NCBI GenBank assembly: GCA_963818965.1
Contig: CAWFUG010000009.1
Coordinates: forward strand, 384,001 to 448,000
Source: an uncultured Verrucomicrobiae bacterium
GTDB taxonomy: Bacteria > Chlamydiota > Chlamydiia > Chlamydiales > Rhabdochlamydiaceae
Length of the DNA stretch: 64,000 nucleotides
Reading direction: 5' to 3'
Every line of letters starts with the position of its first letter. Position 1 is the stretch's first letter. A program made the position numbers and the translations under genes. Shown in pieces: positions 39,946 to 49,695 of this stretch. The notes under the pieces are model-generated. The model was given only the letters and a program-made list of their open reading frames with translations, was not told the origin of the DNA and did no database searches.

Positions 39946-40455
39946 ATGAGAAAGTTAATTTTGTTTTTGTTGGGGATTTGCTCTGTCTGGACGGCTCCTA
40001 TTTTGGCTGCAAGTGCTCCTCAAGCGCCTAAGGCACTAGAGCGCACATTTGCGATGATCAAGCCAGAGGCGGTTCAGAGCAACAAGAGTGGCCATATCAT
40101 CGCGCGGATCGAGACGGAAGGGCTCTCTGTTGTGGCGATAAAAATGGTTTCCCTTTCCAAAGCAGAAGCGGGTAAATTTTACGACGTCCATAAAGGGCGC
40201 CCCTTTTACCAAGAGCTCGTCGACTACATCTCCTCAGGTCCCGTCATCGTTATGGTCATCGAAGGAGAAAATGCCGTAGAGGGGTATCGCAAACTGATGG
40301 GATCTACCGATCCTAGAAAAGCGCCTCCGGGCACTTTGCGCGGCGACTTTGGAACCAACATCCAAAAAAATGCCGTCCATGGCTCGGATTCGGGAGAAAA
40401 CGCAGATAAAGAAGTCGCTTTTTTCTTTGCTGAAGAACAGATTTATAAGCGTTAA
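39946..40455 (+). CDS. ndk: Nucleoside diphosphate kinase with an apparent signal peptide
   Basis: ERTFAMIKP, FYDVHKGRPF, GTLRGDFG...NAVHGSDS. Confidence 0.95.
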   Translation: MRKLILFLLGICSVWTAPILAASAPQAPKALERTFAMIKPEAVQSNKSGHIIARIETEGLSVVAIKMVSLSKAEAGKFYDVHKGRPFYQELVDYISSGPVIVMVIEGENAVEGYRKLMGSTDPRKAPPGTLRGDFGTNIQKNAVHGSDSGENADKEVAFFFAEEQIYKR

Positions 40456-40524
40456 AACTATTCATTTTATATCCAAGTAATATTACTTGGATGTAAAATG
40501 AAAAAAAAAGTGATGTGAAAAAGT

Positions 40525-41163
40525 ATGCAAGTACCATTTGGCGAACTCGTTCATTATTTCTTTTCGCTTTTCTTTATTTGCAGCCCCTTTTCTGCACTTT
40601 CTGCTTATTTAACCCTTACCCAAGACCTTCCTCTAGAAGAGAAAAAGCGGACGGGAATCTTGGCAGGGGTTGCAGTCGGAGTGATTCTCGTCTTAATGAC
40701 CTGGATCGGCGCCGGATTCCTCTCTGTCTTGGGGATCTCATTGCCCTCGTTTCAGCTAGCGGGAGGAGCGATCGTATTTCTACTCGCTCTATCGATGCTA
40801 AATGCGGAAACGAGCCCGATGAAACAATCGCGCGAGGACCGCAAAGATGCGATGCAAAAGCAATCGATTGCCATCGTTCCTCTCGCCATTCCCCTCATGG
40901 CAGGTCCCGGAGGGATAAGCGCTGTCATCTTCACCGTTAGCAGCCACCCCGGCATCGTCAACCAGATCTATTTCAGCATCTGTGCACTCCTCGTCGCCTT
41001 TATTGCAGGCCTCATCCTCTATACCGCTACCCACCTCGAGCGGATGATCGGCGTGACAGGCATTAACATCGTCAACCGCATCGGCGGTCTTATCCTAGCG
41101 GCCATCGCCGTCGAGACCATGGCCAAGGGGGCCACTGGTCTGTTCCCTGGGCTGTTGCATTAG
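40525..41163 (+). CDS. MarC-family membrane protein
   Basis: FQLAGG, AIVPLAIPLMAGPG, RIGGLIL. Confidence 0.9.
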   Translation: MQVPFGELVHYFFSLFFICSPFSALSAYLTLTQDLPLEEKKRTGILAGVAVGVILVLMTWIGAGFLSVLGISLPSFQLAGGAIVFLLALSMLNAETSPMKQSREDRKDAMQKQSIAIVPLAIPLMAGPGGISAVIFTVSSHPGIVNQIYFSICALLVAFIAGLILYTATHLERMIGVTGINIVNRIGGLILAAIAVETMAKGATGLFPGLLH

Positions 41164-41178
41164 AAGCTCTAGAACCGA

Positions 41179-41208
41179 TATACCCAACTTTTGAGTCTAC
41201 TTGGGTAT
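41179..41208. repeat. Mini element TACCCAA...TTGGGTA
   Basis: TA-TACCCAACTTTTGAGTCTACTTGGGTA-TA; same core at 42915-42937. Confidence 0.7.
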
Positions 41209-41385
41209 ATCTGCCTCTCGCTCAGTTTTTAGTTTCTCAGTCTTAAGCGTGTCCTATTTAGTGACTTGGGTTTTTTTGCAGGTCCAGCTGGGTGGCCATT
41301 TTTTTTGTGTTGCGCTTTTTTAATTATGTTTTTGATATAATTAAATTCAGTTTAGTTTATTTTTAATATCAAATATGGTTTATTT

Positions 41386-41862
41386 ATGTTTTTTATGAGT
41401 CCATTTTTATTCACTTATCAGATTTATCCAGTTCTTAATGCCTCTCGTAGTTCTTCAGTTCCTAATACCCCTAACCAGAACGAATTGAGCGAGGCTAAGT
41501 ATATCCAGCTCTATGCGAGGATCCCTAGCTCGACACTGACAAGTAGCTCTGAGATGACATGCAGCTCTGTTTGGAGCGAGCCCTTTGATGAAATCAGACC
41601 TTTTGAGAAGGATGCTATCAGTGCAGAGAATGAGGTTCATGGAAATTCAGAAGCCGCTTTTGAGGATAGTGGAGAAGGAGCTAGCAGCCTACCTGAAGGA
41701 AAAGAAAGGGGTTCCACGAAAGGGTACATTGCCAACGATTCAATGGAGAGTTCTGAGTGTCGTCGACTGACGATTTCAGAGGAAGTGGCTCTGATGAAGG
41801 AGACTCAATTGTTAAAGCATACGTTGTATATCTGGAATAAGACTTTAACTAACTCGAAATGA
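41386..41862 (+). CDS. Ser/Glu-rich hypothetical protein
   Basis: ORF after an AT-rich spacer; shares a 41-aa block with the next gene. Confidence 0.55.
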   Translation: MFFMSPFLFTYQIYPVLNASRSSSVPNTPNQNELSEAKYIQLYARIPSSTLTSSSEMTCSSVWSEPFDEIRPFEKDAISAENEVHGNSEAAFEDSGEGASSLPEGKERGSTKGYIANDSMESSECRRLTISEEVALMKETQLLKHTLYIWNKTLTNSK

Positions 41863-42147
41863 GGGCAAAAGGGCTGTGTCAGGGTGGGCTAGGACCTAGA
41901 TTTTCCTCCGCCCACGACAAAAAATCGTCGTTCGAGGCAAATCGGGAAGAAAATGAACGGGATATTATCCTGTTCATTTTTTGTGGTGTACAGAGTCAAT
42001 TTTCAAGCTCCAAGTCTCAATTGTCTTATAATTAGCGATTTGCGTCTTTTAAAGCGCGTTGTTTTATATTTCCATCCTTTTAATGTTTATTTTAGTTATA
42101 ATTAATATTATATAATTATCATTAATAATAAAAATTGAGGGTTGTTT

Positions 42148-42807
42148 ATGTCTTTGTGTTTAGGTTTAGGGCATAGTGCGGGAGAGCTGAATTCTGTTCC
42201 ATTACCCGGGCTAGCTCAATCGCGTTGGATGAAGTTCTGTGAAGAAAACCATATATTTAGTGGTTTTGAAGTAGGGAATAAATCGACAGAGGAAAAATCT
42301 GCTAGAGTGTATGCAAGCACAGATAAATCGACATCTACTAGTAGCTCTGGATTTGTGATTATCGAGAGACCCCAATTGTGTGATTCTCATTACGAGGCCC
42401 CTTGTCCATCCAGGGAATCGAGTCTTTCAAAGGAATTGAGCGAGGCTAAATATATCCAACTCTATGCGAGGATCCCTAGCTCGACACTGGCAAGTAGCTC
42501 TGAGATGACATGCAGTTCTGTCTGGAGCGAGCCCTTTGATGAAATCAGACCTTTTCAGACGATCAGTACAGAGAGTGAAGTTTCTTTAGGATATATTCCA
42601 GATGATGCGGGGGAAGAACCTGAGGATGTAAAACAAGAAGCTTCTGAAGTAGGTTATTCTCCCACTGATGCGGGGGAGATTTCTAGGTATTCTCCACCCA
42701 CCCTCGCAGAAGAATATGATCTCCGAATTCAGGCGCAATTTTTACAGCATGCATCGCCTTTGTGGGGTCAGCCCTTAAATACCTGGCAAATCCCCATCGC
42801 ATTCTAG
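42148..42807 (+). CDS. Ser/Glu-rich hypothetical protein
   Basis: GAGG upstream; shares the 41-aa block. Confidence 0.55.
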   Translation: MSLCLGLGHSAGELNSVPLPGLAQSRWMKFCEENHIFSGFEVGNKSTEEKSARVYASTDKSTSTSSSGFVIIERPQLCDSHYEAPCPSRESSLSKELSEAKYIQLYARIPSSTLASSSEMTCSSVWSEPFDEIRPFQTISTESEVSLGYIPDDAGEEPEDVKQEASEVGYSPTDAGEISRYSPPTLAEEYDLRIQAQFLQHASPLWGQPLNTWQIPIAF

Positions 42808-42937
42808 CTCTGAAGGCAATGGCGCCACCAGCACAGAGGTCACGGCTTCGATTCATTGATGTTGTTTTTTGCGCATTCAGGGGAGATTATCTCTCCTGAA
42901 TACCTATCTGTTTTACTTTTGAGTCTACTTGGGTATA

Positions 42938-43103
42938 TACCCCTTCCACCTCAATCGTACCCAAGAAAACCGAATGAAAAGTTCTCAAAATTCGAATCAA
43001 AGGTCGGGGTTAATATTAAATTCAATATTGACCCCGACCTTTGGTTCGAATTTTGAGGCTTTTAATCGGTTTGCTTGTGGTTACGATTGAGGTGGAAGGG
43101 GTA
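42938..43103. mobile_element. 166-bp palindromic MITE, copy 2
   Basis: Same termini and length as 27824-27989; TA flanks. Confidence 0.85.
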
Positions 43104-44066
43104 TATATCCCGTATTCGCTCTGTAACAGCCTCTTCGAGATAAGGGAGGAGCTCAGGGTATTCTTTTTGAAGCCATCTTTTCAGTTCCAATGTCCCATAG
43201 AAGAGCTCCTGTCTATAGACGAAGGGCTCGCGCATTCTCTCATTTTCCAGGAAGGAGCCCGAATCGATTTCGACTGCTTGGGTGCCGATGAATCCCAAAT
43301 TGCGATCGACGATATCCCGATCGGCAAATCCCTTCGTGCAGCGCACGAGGATCAATTGGAGCAGGGAGTCGATGCACTCCTTTGCAGCTGCGTGGTTTTC
43401 CTCCTGTTTCAAGGCGGCGAGGTGTGTTTCGATCGGGACTGCCTTTTTTTGGAGGAAAAACTTGGCAGTATCGAGATCGATCGTATGAGCGATACCACAG
43501 CTATCGTAGAGGTTAAGGCTCCGCTGGAGGTGCTCTGTCGGGTTAAGGTGAAGATAGAGAAGCCCTGCTTCCTCTTTTAGCTGAGTATAGGCCAGTTTGA
43601 GGCTCGTGAAGGTCCGCAGCAGCCGGTATTCGCGCATGCCAAACAGGCGCTTGAGCGCTTTATCGAAAAAAGAGTGACTCTCCCCCTTCGCGTAGGAGAG
43701 ATCGGAAAGAGTCCCCGCATAGCTACTGTAATCTTCTAGAAAGATCCCCCGATGGATGTAGACAGGTCGTAACAGGTCCAACTTGAAGAATTTGATGACC
43801 GTCGATTCATCTGCGCTCAAAAAGGCGAAGCATTCGCTGCCAGCTCCCAAAAAGGTGTAGCTTTGCGAGAGGAGCGCATCGACTGCTTTTTCCGTTTCTG
43901 CAGAAAGAGGCGGGGTTTGCCAGTCAGAGTGGAAAGGAAGGTCTTGCGCGCGGATCCTCTCGATACAAAAGCCGCGGGTTTGCCGTTCGATGAGTTGCTG
44001 TAACCCTAAAAACAACCCGATAGCGCAACAGAATTTAAAAAAAGTTTTCACAAAACGTTGAATCAT
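43062..44066 (-). CDS. Membrane-anchored protein-kinase-like protein (5 of 5)
   Basis: FLGAGSECFAF, VIKFF, DRDIVDRN, IDSG; the C-terminus is read from the MITE. Confidence 0.7.
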   Translation of the reverse strand: MIQRFVKTFFKFCCAIGLFLGLQQLIERQTRGFCIERIRAQDLPFHSDWQTPPLSAETEKAVDALLSQSYTFLGAGSECFAFLSADESTVIKFFKLDLLRPVYIHRGIFLEDYSSYAGTLSDLSYAKGESHSFFDKALKRLFGMREYRLLRTFTSLKLAYTQLKEEAGLLYLHLNPTEHLQRSLNLYDSCGIAHTIDLDTAKFFLQKKAVPIETHLAALKQEENHAAAKECIDSLLQLILVRCTKGFADRDIVDRNLGFIGTQAVEIDSGSFLENERMREPFVYRQELFYGTLELKRWLQKEYPELLPYLEEAVTERIRDIYPFHLNRNHKQTD

Positions 44067-44958
44067 CCTCACATGATAATCGCTCCTGCAATTCTCGATC
44101 AAGAGGGGGGATGAGAGAGGGCGCATTTTTTGTCAGCCAAAATTTTAAGCTGGCAAAGACGCGTTCGCTCTCTTTTTGTCGGTACTGTTGGGAGCAGACT
44201 GCCCCGTCCTTCGAGAGGGGGCCGATGTCGATTTGGATTGCTTTCCCCTCGAGGAAGCCATAATTGGTGCGGATCAGGGGGTCGTTGTCTGCAATGCCGT
44301 GCCCGTACTTCCAAAAGAAGAGATCGAGCAGGGAAGACAGCGCCTGGCTCGCCTCAGATGTCTTCCCCTCATCGATCATTTTTTTGAGCGCCGGATAGGC
44401 GAGCTCGACCTTTTTTTGGATGACGAACCCGATCCCATTCAGATCGATCGGATGCGCGATATTGAGCCGATCGATGAGGAAGAGGGGAGCGGGGAGTTCT
44501 GCGCCTTTTTGCAGATGTACGTAGAGCAGCGCTGTCTGCTCCTGCATCTCCTCAAAAGCGATCGCGTAGCTCGTGAATGTCCGCTGGAGCTTCTGCTCGA
44601 AGAAGTTCCGTTTTGCCTCTGCCCATGTGTTTAAAAAGGGGAAGTGGGAAAAGAATCTAAAGAGGGAAATTTTAGAGGGATAGGCGTTATTGAAGATCTT
44701 GAGGACATATTCTCCATCTTCAGAGAGAAACGCAAAGCTCTGTTTCCCCCGCCCGAAGTAGCGGAATTTTTGCTGCAGAAGCGAAAGTGGCGCGTGAGGT
44801 GTTTGAGGTAGGAGAGCCTCTGAGGTTTTTTTGGGGGGTAAGTTATCTCTGATTTTCCACAGCGCAAACCCTTTGGTCTCGTGGTGGCAAAAGCGGGCCG
44901 TTCCATAACAGAGGAGCGGGATGAGGAGGAGGGTAAGTATTCTAGACTTTAGCATCAT
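44035..44958 (-). CDS. Membrane-anchored protein-kinase-like protein (4 of 5)
   Basis: YFGRGKQSFAF, VLKIF, DNDPLIRTN, IDIG. Confidence 0.7.
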   Translation of the reverse strand: MMLKSRILTLLLIPLLCYGTARFCHHETKGFALWKIRDNLPPKKTSEALLPQTPHAPLSLLQQKFRYFGRGKQSFAFLSEDGEYVLKIFNNAYPSKISLFRFFSHFPFLNTWAEAKRNFFEQKLQRTFTSYAIAFEEMQEQTALLYVHLQKGAELPAPLFLIDRLNIAHPIDLNGIGFVIQKKVELAYPALKKMIDEGKTSEASQALSSLLDLFFWKYGHGIADNDPLIRTNYGFLEGKAIQIDIGPLSKDGAVCSQQYRQKESERVFASLKFWLTKNAPSLIPPLDRELQERLSCEDDSTFCENFF

Positions 44959-44980
44959 TTGACAAGTTGTTTTCTCTACA

Positions 44981-45066
44981 AACCTTTTTTCTCTCTGTGG
45001 TTTCCCCTCTCTGTGGTTAAAAAAATTTCACCACAGAGAGGGGAAACCACAGAGAGAAAAAAGGTT
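44981..45066. repeat. Type B ACCACAGAG palindrome inside the kinase-like cluster
   Basis: About 36-bp arms: AACCTTTTTTCTCTCTGTGG.../...CCACAGAGAGAAAAAAGGTT. Confidence 0.9.
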
Positions 45067-45070
45067 CTAT

Positions 45071-45934
45071 TCATGCATAAATTTTCATCTCTTCATCGAG
45101 AAGATCTACGAGTTCAGGGTGACACTCTTCTAACCAGTGGCGGAAGCGTTTCATGATCAGGCGGAGATCTTCTCGGTAGACGTCGGGGTTTTTGCGCTGA
45201 TCGTCCCTCACAAAACGCCCCACGTCGATGAAGATCGGCGCTTCTTCGATAAATCCCAAATTGCGATGGATCTTCGGATCCTCGTCGAAAATCCCCTTTT
45301 CACAGCGGGAGACGATCCCTTTTAAGATGGCGGCAAATCCTGCGCGGAGCTTAGTGAGATTTTGTTCTTCTACGAGGGTGTCGATGTAATCATAAGCCAA
45401 GATCGCTCTTTTTTGCAGGACGAATTCGACATCATTAAGGGGGATCTCATGGGAGATGCCGAGTTTATCGATGATATGGGCCGTGAGATCGAGGGGCACA
45501 TCTTTGTTGAGGTGGATGTAGAGCAGACCCGATTCCTCTTTTAGCTCTTCGTAGGCGAGTTTGTAGCTCGTGAAATCGCGGCGCATTTTAAGGAGTGATT
45601 TCTGCAATTTCTTTTCAGAGAGATAGGGGTAAAGGTAAGAGTAGGGCTTGCGGAAGCGGTGTTTGAAGAATTTAATCACGTAGCGTTCATCATGTGAGGC
45701 AAAGGCGAAGGCTTGACCCCCACAGGCTAAATAGTGAAAGGGTTGGGAGAGGATCTCTCGGAGCTGTTCTCTTTGTGCGGTTTCGATCGGCTCTATTTCC
45801 CATTCAGGAGAAGGAGCGAATTCAGAATGGATTCTAGCGACGGAAAACCCATCGGTCTGAGCGTCGCAAAAGGTTTTAGCGAGGTAGAAGATCAGCATTA
45901 CAGCGCTTAAAAGTGTTAAAAATCTGAATTTCAT
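45071..45934 (-). CDS. Membrane-anchored protein-kinase-like protein (3 of 5)
   Basis: YLACGGQAFAF, VIKFF, DEDPKIHRN, IDVG. Confidence 0.7.
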   Translation of the reverse strand: MKFRFLTLLSAVMLIFYLAKTFCDAQTDGFSVARIHSEFAPSPEWEIEPIETAQREQLREILSQPFHYLACGGQAFAFASHDERYVIKFFKHRFRKPYSYLYPYLSEKKLQKSLLKMRRDFTSYKLAYEELKEESGLLYIHLNKDVPLDLTAHIIDKLGISHEIPLNDVEFVLQKRAILAYDYIDTLVEEQNLTKLRAGFAAILKGIVSRCEKGIFDEDPKIHRNLGFIEEAPIFIDVGRFVRDDQRKNPDVYREDLRLIMKRFRHWLEECHPELVDLLDEEMKIYA

Positions 45935-46716
45935 AGGAAGCTGGCCACAGTTTGATCAAAATGTTCGAGGAGCTCTTCGTGATGGGTAGCGAGCCAGTTG
46001 CGAAAGCGGGGAGTGATCCGCGCGATCTCTTTCTTGTAATTCTCCTGGTTTTTGATCTCTTCTGAATAGACGACTCGCCCGATGTCGAAGAGGATTGGTT
46101 CCCCTGCGATAAAGCCGCAGTTCGACTGGAAGTTGGCATCCCGATTTCGGAATCCTTTTTTGAAGAGATCGACATGGAGCAAGAGGAGGCGTTCGATTCC
46201 TTCTTTGGCGAGATCTTCTCGACCTTGGCTTACCCACGCATCGATTTGATCATAAGTGAGAATGGCTCTTTTTTGCAGCAAAAAGAGATGCTCCTCTAAA
46301 TCGAGGTCAAGGGGTATTCCTTCCGGTCCGAACAGGCGCGCGGTTCGGGGCAGGGGGGTGCGTTTTAGATGGGCGTAGAGAACCCCTGTTTCTTGGGCAA
46401 AGTGTTCAGAGCAGAGCTGAAAGGCGTAAAGGACCTTGTTTTTTTGAAGTGCTGCCTTCGCTTTATTTTTCGAGAATTTGGGTTTTAAGAATTTCAAAAC
46501 AAACTGCCCATCTGCGCTGAAAAAGACATGGGATTGTCCTCCTCTGCCGAAGTAGTGATACTCTTGCGAGAGGGCCTCTTCGACAATTGCCTTTTCTCGT
46601 TCAGAGAGCTGGCCAGAAGGGGCTGTGGCGGAGATTTTTTCCACTGAAAACGAGCGGCTCTCTTGTGTCGTACAAGCGAAAAGAAGCGTCAAGCTCATCA
46701 AGAGAACGTACCACAT
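45931..46716 (-). CDS. Probable lipoprotein, protein-kinase-like (2 of 5)
   Basis: Lipobox-like LFAC; YFGRGGQSHVF, VLKFL, NRDANFQSN, FDIG. Confidence 0.7.
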   Translation of the reverse strand: MWYVLLMSLTLLFACTTQESRSFSVEKISATAPSGQLSEREKAIVEEALSQEYHYFGRGGQSHVFFSADGQFVLKFLKPKFSKNKAKAALQKNKVLYAFQLCSEHFAQETGVLYAHLKRTPLPRTARLFGPEGIPLDLDLEEHLFLLQKRAILTYDQIDAWVSQGREDLAKEGIERLLLLHVDLFKKGFRNRDANFQSNCGFIAGEPILFDIGRVVYSEEIKNQENYKKEIARITPRFRNWLATHHEELLEHFDQTVASFL

Positions 46717-47610
46717 CTAAATTTCCGATTCTAATCGATGGATTTCATGCATCAGATGCTCAGAGAGGGGAGGACAGCTTTGATCGAGCCACTGGCGAAA
46801 ATGGTCTGTAGTCCGGATGATCTCATCCCGATAATTCTCTTCCGTCCCTTTTTCTTCACGGGGGCGGAACCTGCCGATATCGATTTGCAGCGGCTTTTGA
46901 CCAATGAAGCCGAAATTTGTATTGAGATCGGGATCTTTGTCGAAGATTCCCCTTTCACAGCGCACAGCGAGCAGGCGGACCAATGCAGAAATCGCTTCTT
47001 TCGCTTCGGAGATCTCTCCTTTTTGTACCAGCGCATCGATCGCAGGGTAGACCAACTGCGCCCGTTTTTGTACCAAAAATTCCATGTCATCGAGACAGAT
47101 GCGATGAGCGATATTCAGTTTATCGTAGAGGATGAGTTCTTTGTCGAGGTGCTTTGTCTTATTCAGATGCAGATAGAGCAATCCCGTCTCATCGCGCAAT
47201 TGATCATAGGCGATGACGTAACTCTGGAAGTCCTTGCGGAGCTCTTCTCTCTTCTGTAGCCATTTTCTCAATTGAAAGGCCTGTAAAAAAGGGGGGAACT
47301 GCAGCTGAGAAATCCAAAAAGGAGGGAGCAAATGGTTGAGGCGGAAAAATTTGATGACCGACTCTCCATCTTCTGAAACAAAGACGAAAGACTGCGCCCC
47401 TTTGGCCAAATAAAAATAGGGCTGATCGAGTGTTTTTAAGACGGCAGAGCACTCGTTTTCAGGAAGTAGTTCCACTTCCCAATCGGGATTAAACGGCAGG
47501 GAAGATTGGATTTTATGAGGGGAAAACCCTTCCGTTCTCTTGTAGCAAAATCGCTTGACAAGAGGCAAAGACCCTACGACGAGAAGAATGAAAAGGATGC
47601 GTCTTAACAT
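46717..47610 (-). CDS. Membrane-anchored protein-kinase-like protein (1 of 5)
   Basis: YLAKGAQSFVF, VIKFF, DKDPDLNTN, IDIG. Confidence 0.7.
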   Translation of the reverse strand: MLRRILFILLVVGSLPLVKRFCYKRTEGFSPHKIQSSLPFNPDWEVELLPENECSAVLKTLDQPYFYLAKGAQSFVFVSEDGESVIKFFRLNHLLPPFWISQLQFPPFLQAFQLRKWLQKREELRKDFQSYVIAYDQLRDETGLLYLHLNKTKHLDKELILYDKLNIAHRICLDDMEFLVQKRAQLVYPAIDALVQKGEISEAKEAISALVRLLAVRCERGIFDKDPDLNTNFGFIGQKPLQIDIGRFRPREEKGTEENYRDEIIRTTDHFRQWLDQSCPPLSEHLMHEIHRLESEI

Positions 47611-47937
47611 GTGGCTACAATGTAGCCTCTATACCCAATTTAGCTCAAGAACCTATCCCTTAACTGGACTCAAAAGTCGGTGGTCCTCATCGCTAGAAAA
47701 ATAGAATCTTAAGCAAAAAATAGTAAGGTGGACCCCAATGTCTAGACAAAAAAATCAGATCATTTTGCGCGTCTTGACGCTTGCTCCAAAAACCTTACCA
47801 AAAGCTCCTTATACCCAAGTGGACTCACGAGTTGCCAGATCTTGAGCTTGGTCTGGCACAACTTTTGTTTATAGAAATTAACGAAATGTCTATAGTAGAC
47901 GCTCGCATTGATTTTTTTAACAAAAAACAGGAGTTTT

Positions 47938-49695
47938 ATGGCTTCCTCTTTAGGTGGTGTACCCCAACGCAACTCAATTCAGCCCATTCCAGAACATGCC
48001 GCCTCAACGAAGCTAGCTCTCCCCAGCGAGCTATGGAAGCTCATTTGGCACTATTTGCCTGTGCAAGCGCGATTGAGCTGGGGATCTACAGCAAAAGCGA
48101 TGCGCGGCGATCCTGAGATTTGGGAGCTCTTTTTAACGCGCTGTTATCCCGGCATTTATGCAAGACACCACGCGCAGGTTCCTGAATGGCAACTTTCTTC
48201 TCTTTTTTTTCAAATCAAGAAAGAGATCGCAGCCATCGGTCCTCATATCAGCCAGGGAAAATGCACCATTCGCACTTTGGATTGGATCGAGGGGAACCCG
48301 ATTGCCAAATACGTCTTTGAGGGGCAGATCTATACCTGCTTTTGTAATGGAGCAATCAGGGTGTGGGATCTGATCCAGAAAAAAGAGCTCTATACGCTAT
48401 GTGAGGGGGATGAGACTGTGCATTGGACTCGATCAGATGTGGCTCTTACAGCTTCTGCGCGGTTCCTCATCCTTTCTCAAAAACAGGTAGTAGCGGAGCG
48501 AAAGACGCTGATGATTTGGGATCTCGAGGAGCGGGAAAAAAGCCCTTCCCTTCTCATTGACTGTGCTGCGTACCAATTGCTCCATGATCAACTCTATTAT
48601 GTCACTGCACAGAATCTAATCCAGGTGATCGATTTAAAGACACTAGAGGAGAAGGTCTGTTTTGCTTTTCCAAGCGAAAAATCACAGCTTGGCTATAATT
48701 TTCAGTTTTTTGTGGGTCCGGGACAGGTTCTTTACTTATTCATGGGCGGAGAGATTATAGAATGGGATTTGAAAGTAGGGAAGGAGCGCAGTCGCTTTCC
48801 TCACAGGCTTCCCGCGGAAGCGCGGATTGAATGGTATGAAGGGGGGCAGTTTTTGCGGTTGGTCGCAGATGGTAAATATCTTTGCCTATACCCCGATTCC
48901 TTGGAGAGAAACGACTTGATTTATTTCTGCGATCTCCGCCGCGAATCAAAACAATGGCTTTGTACTGAGTGCAATGTCCCTGCGGCAGATTGTGAGATGG
49001 CTGAGGGGGGATTCTTCTATAGAAGTCGAAACAGGTTGGTGAACTTCTACTCTTTTGAGGGCAAAAAGACATATTCTTGGCCTCTTGGAACAGATGTGGA
49101 GATCGACTATTTTTGGATCGAACCGGAACCCCGTTCGATTCAATGTCAATGGGATGGGTATGAACGGTTTTGCCTGCCTTATTCTCAATCATCCATTAGC
49201 GTGAGAGACTTTAGCTTCTCTTGTCAGGCGTCCTATGCAGAAGAAGTGCTCGATCAGAGTCTAGAAGTTGTAGAGTCGATGCAACATGCAGAGAATGAAG
49301 AAGCGTGGAAAGATCTTTTTCAAAAGCTACACCTCGATTTTCAAGCCGAGTGGGAGAGTGCTGCTTATCTAGACCCCCTAACGATTAAAAGAATGCAAAC
49401 AGACATTTACTTCCAGCAAATGCTCCATATGCTTCACAGGGAAGATTTACAGATCGTAAGAGAGCTTTTGTACAAATGGATAGAGATCGATCCGGGGAAT
49501 CAGGAGAGACTGAGGTGTTGTATCAATGCTACCATAAGAAGGGGTTGTCCTTTGCAAGAGGAAGAAAATAGCATCGATGCCTTTTTCCACCTAAACCCGG
49601 GCCGACCCAATCTCGTAAAGACGCCGATCGGATATCAGGCGTATATGATTCAGAAGTTGCAGATCCTAAAAACTAATACCAATCCTCGAAAATAA
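47938..49695 (+). CDS. F-box + WD40-like protein
   Basis: LPSELWKLIWHYL; IRVWDL, LMIWDL, IEWDL; C-terminal region resembles that of the 22375/25001 pair. Confidence 0.75.
   Translation: MASSLGGVPQRNSIQPIPEHAASTKLALPSELWKLIWHYLPVQARLSWGSTAKAMRGDPEIWELFLTRCYPGIYARHHAQVPEWQLSSLFFQIKKEIAAIGPHISQGKCTIRTLDWIEGNPIAKYVFEGQIYTCFCNGAIRVWDLIQKKELYTLCEGDETVHWTRSDVALTASARFLILSQKQVVAERKTLMIWDLEEREKSPSLLIDCAAYQLLHDQLYYVTAQNLIQVIDLKTLEEKVCFAFPSEKSQLGYNFQFFVGPGQVLYLFMGGEIIEWDLKVGKERSRFPHRLPAEARIEWYEGGQFLRLVADGKYLCLYPDSLERNDLIYFCDLRRESKQWLCTECNVPAADCEMAEGGFFYRSRNRLVNFYSFEGKKTYSWPLGTDVEIDYFWIEPEPRSIQCQWDGYERFCLPYSQSSISVRDFSFSCQASYAEEVLDQSLEVVESMQHAENEEAWKDLFQKLHLDFQAEWESAAYLDPLTIKRMQTDIYFQQMLHMLHREDLQIVRELLYKWIEIDPGNQERLRCCINATIRRGCPLQEEENSIDAFFHLNPGRPNLVKTPIGYQAYMIQKLQILKTNTNPRK

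Noticed and set aside
42856..43580. ORFs 42856..43056 and 43041..43580
   Set aside because: They are translations of the MITE and of the antisense strand of a kinase-like gene
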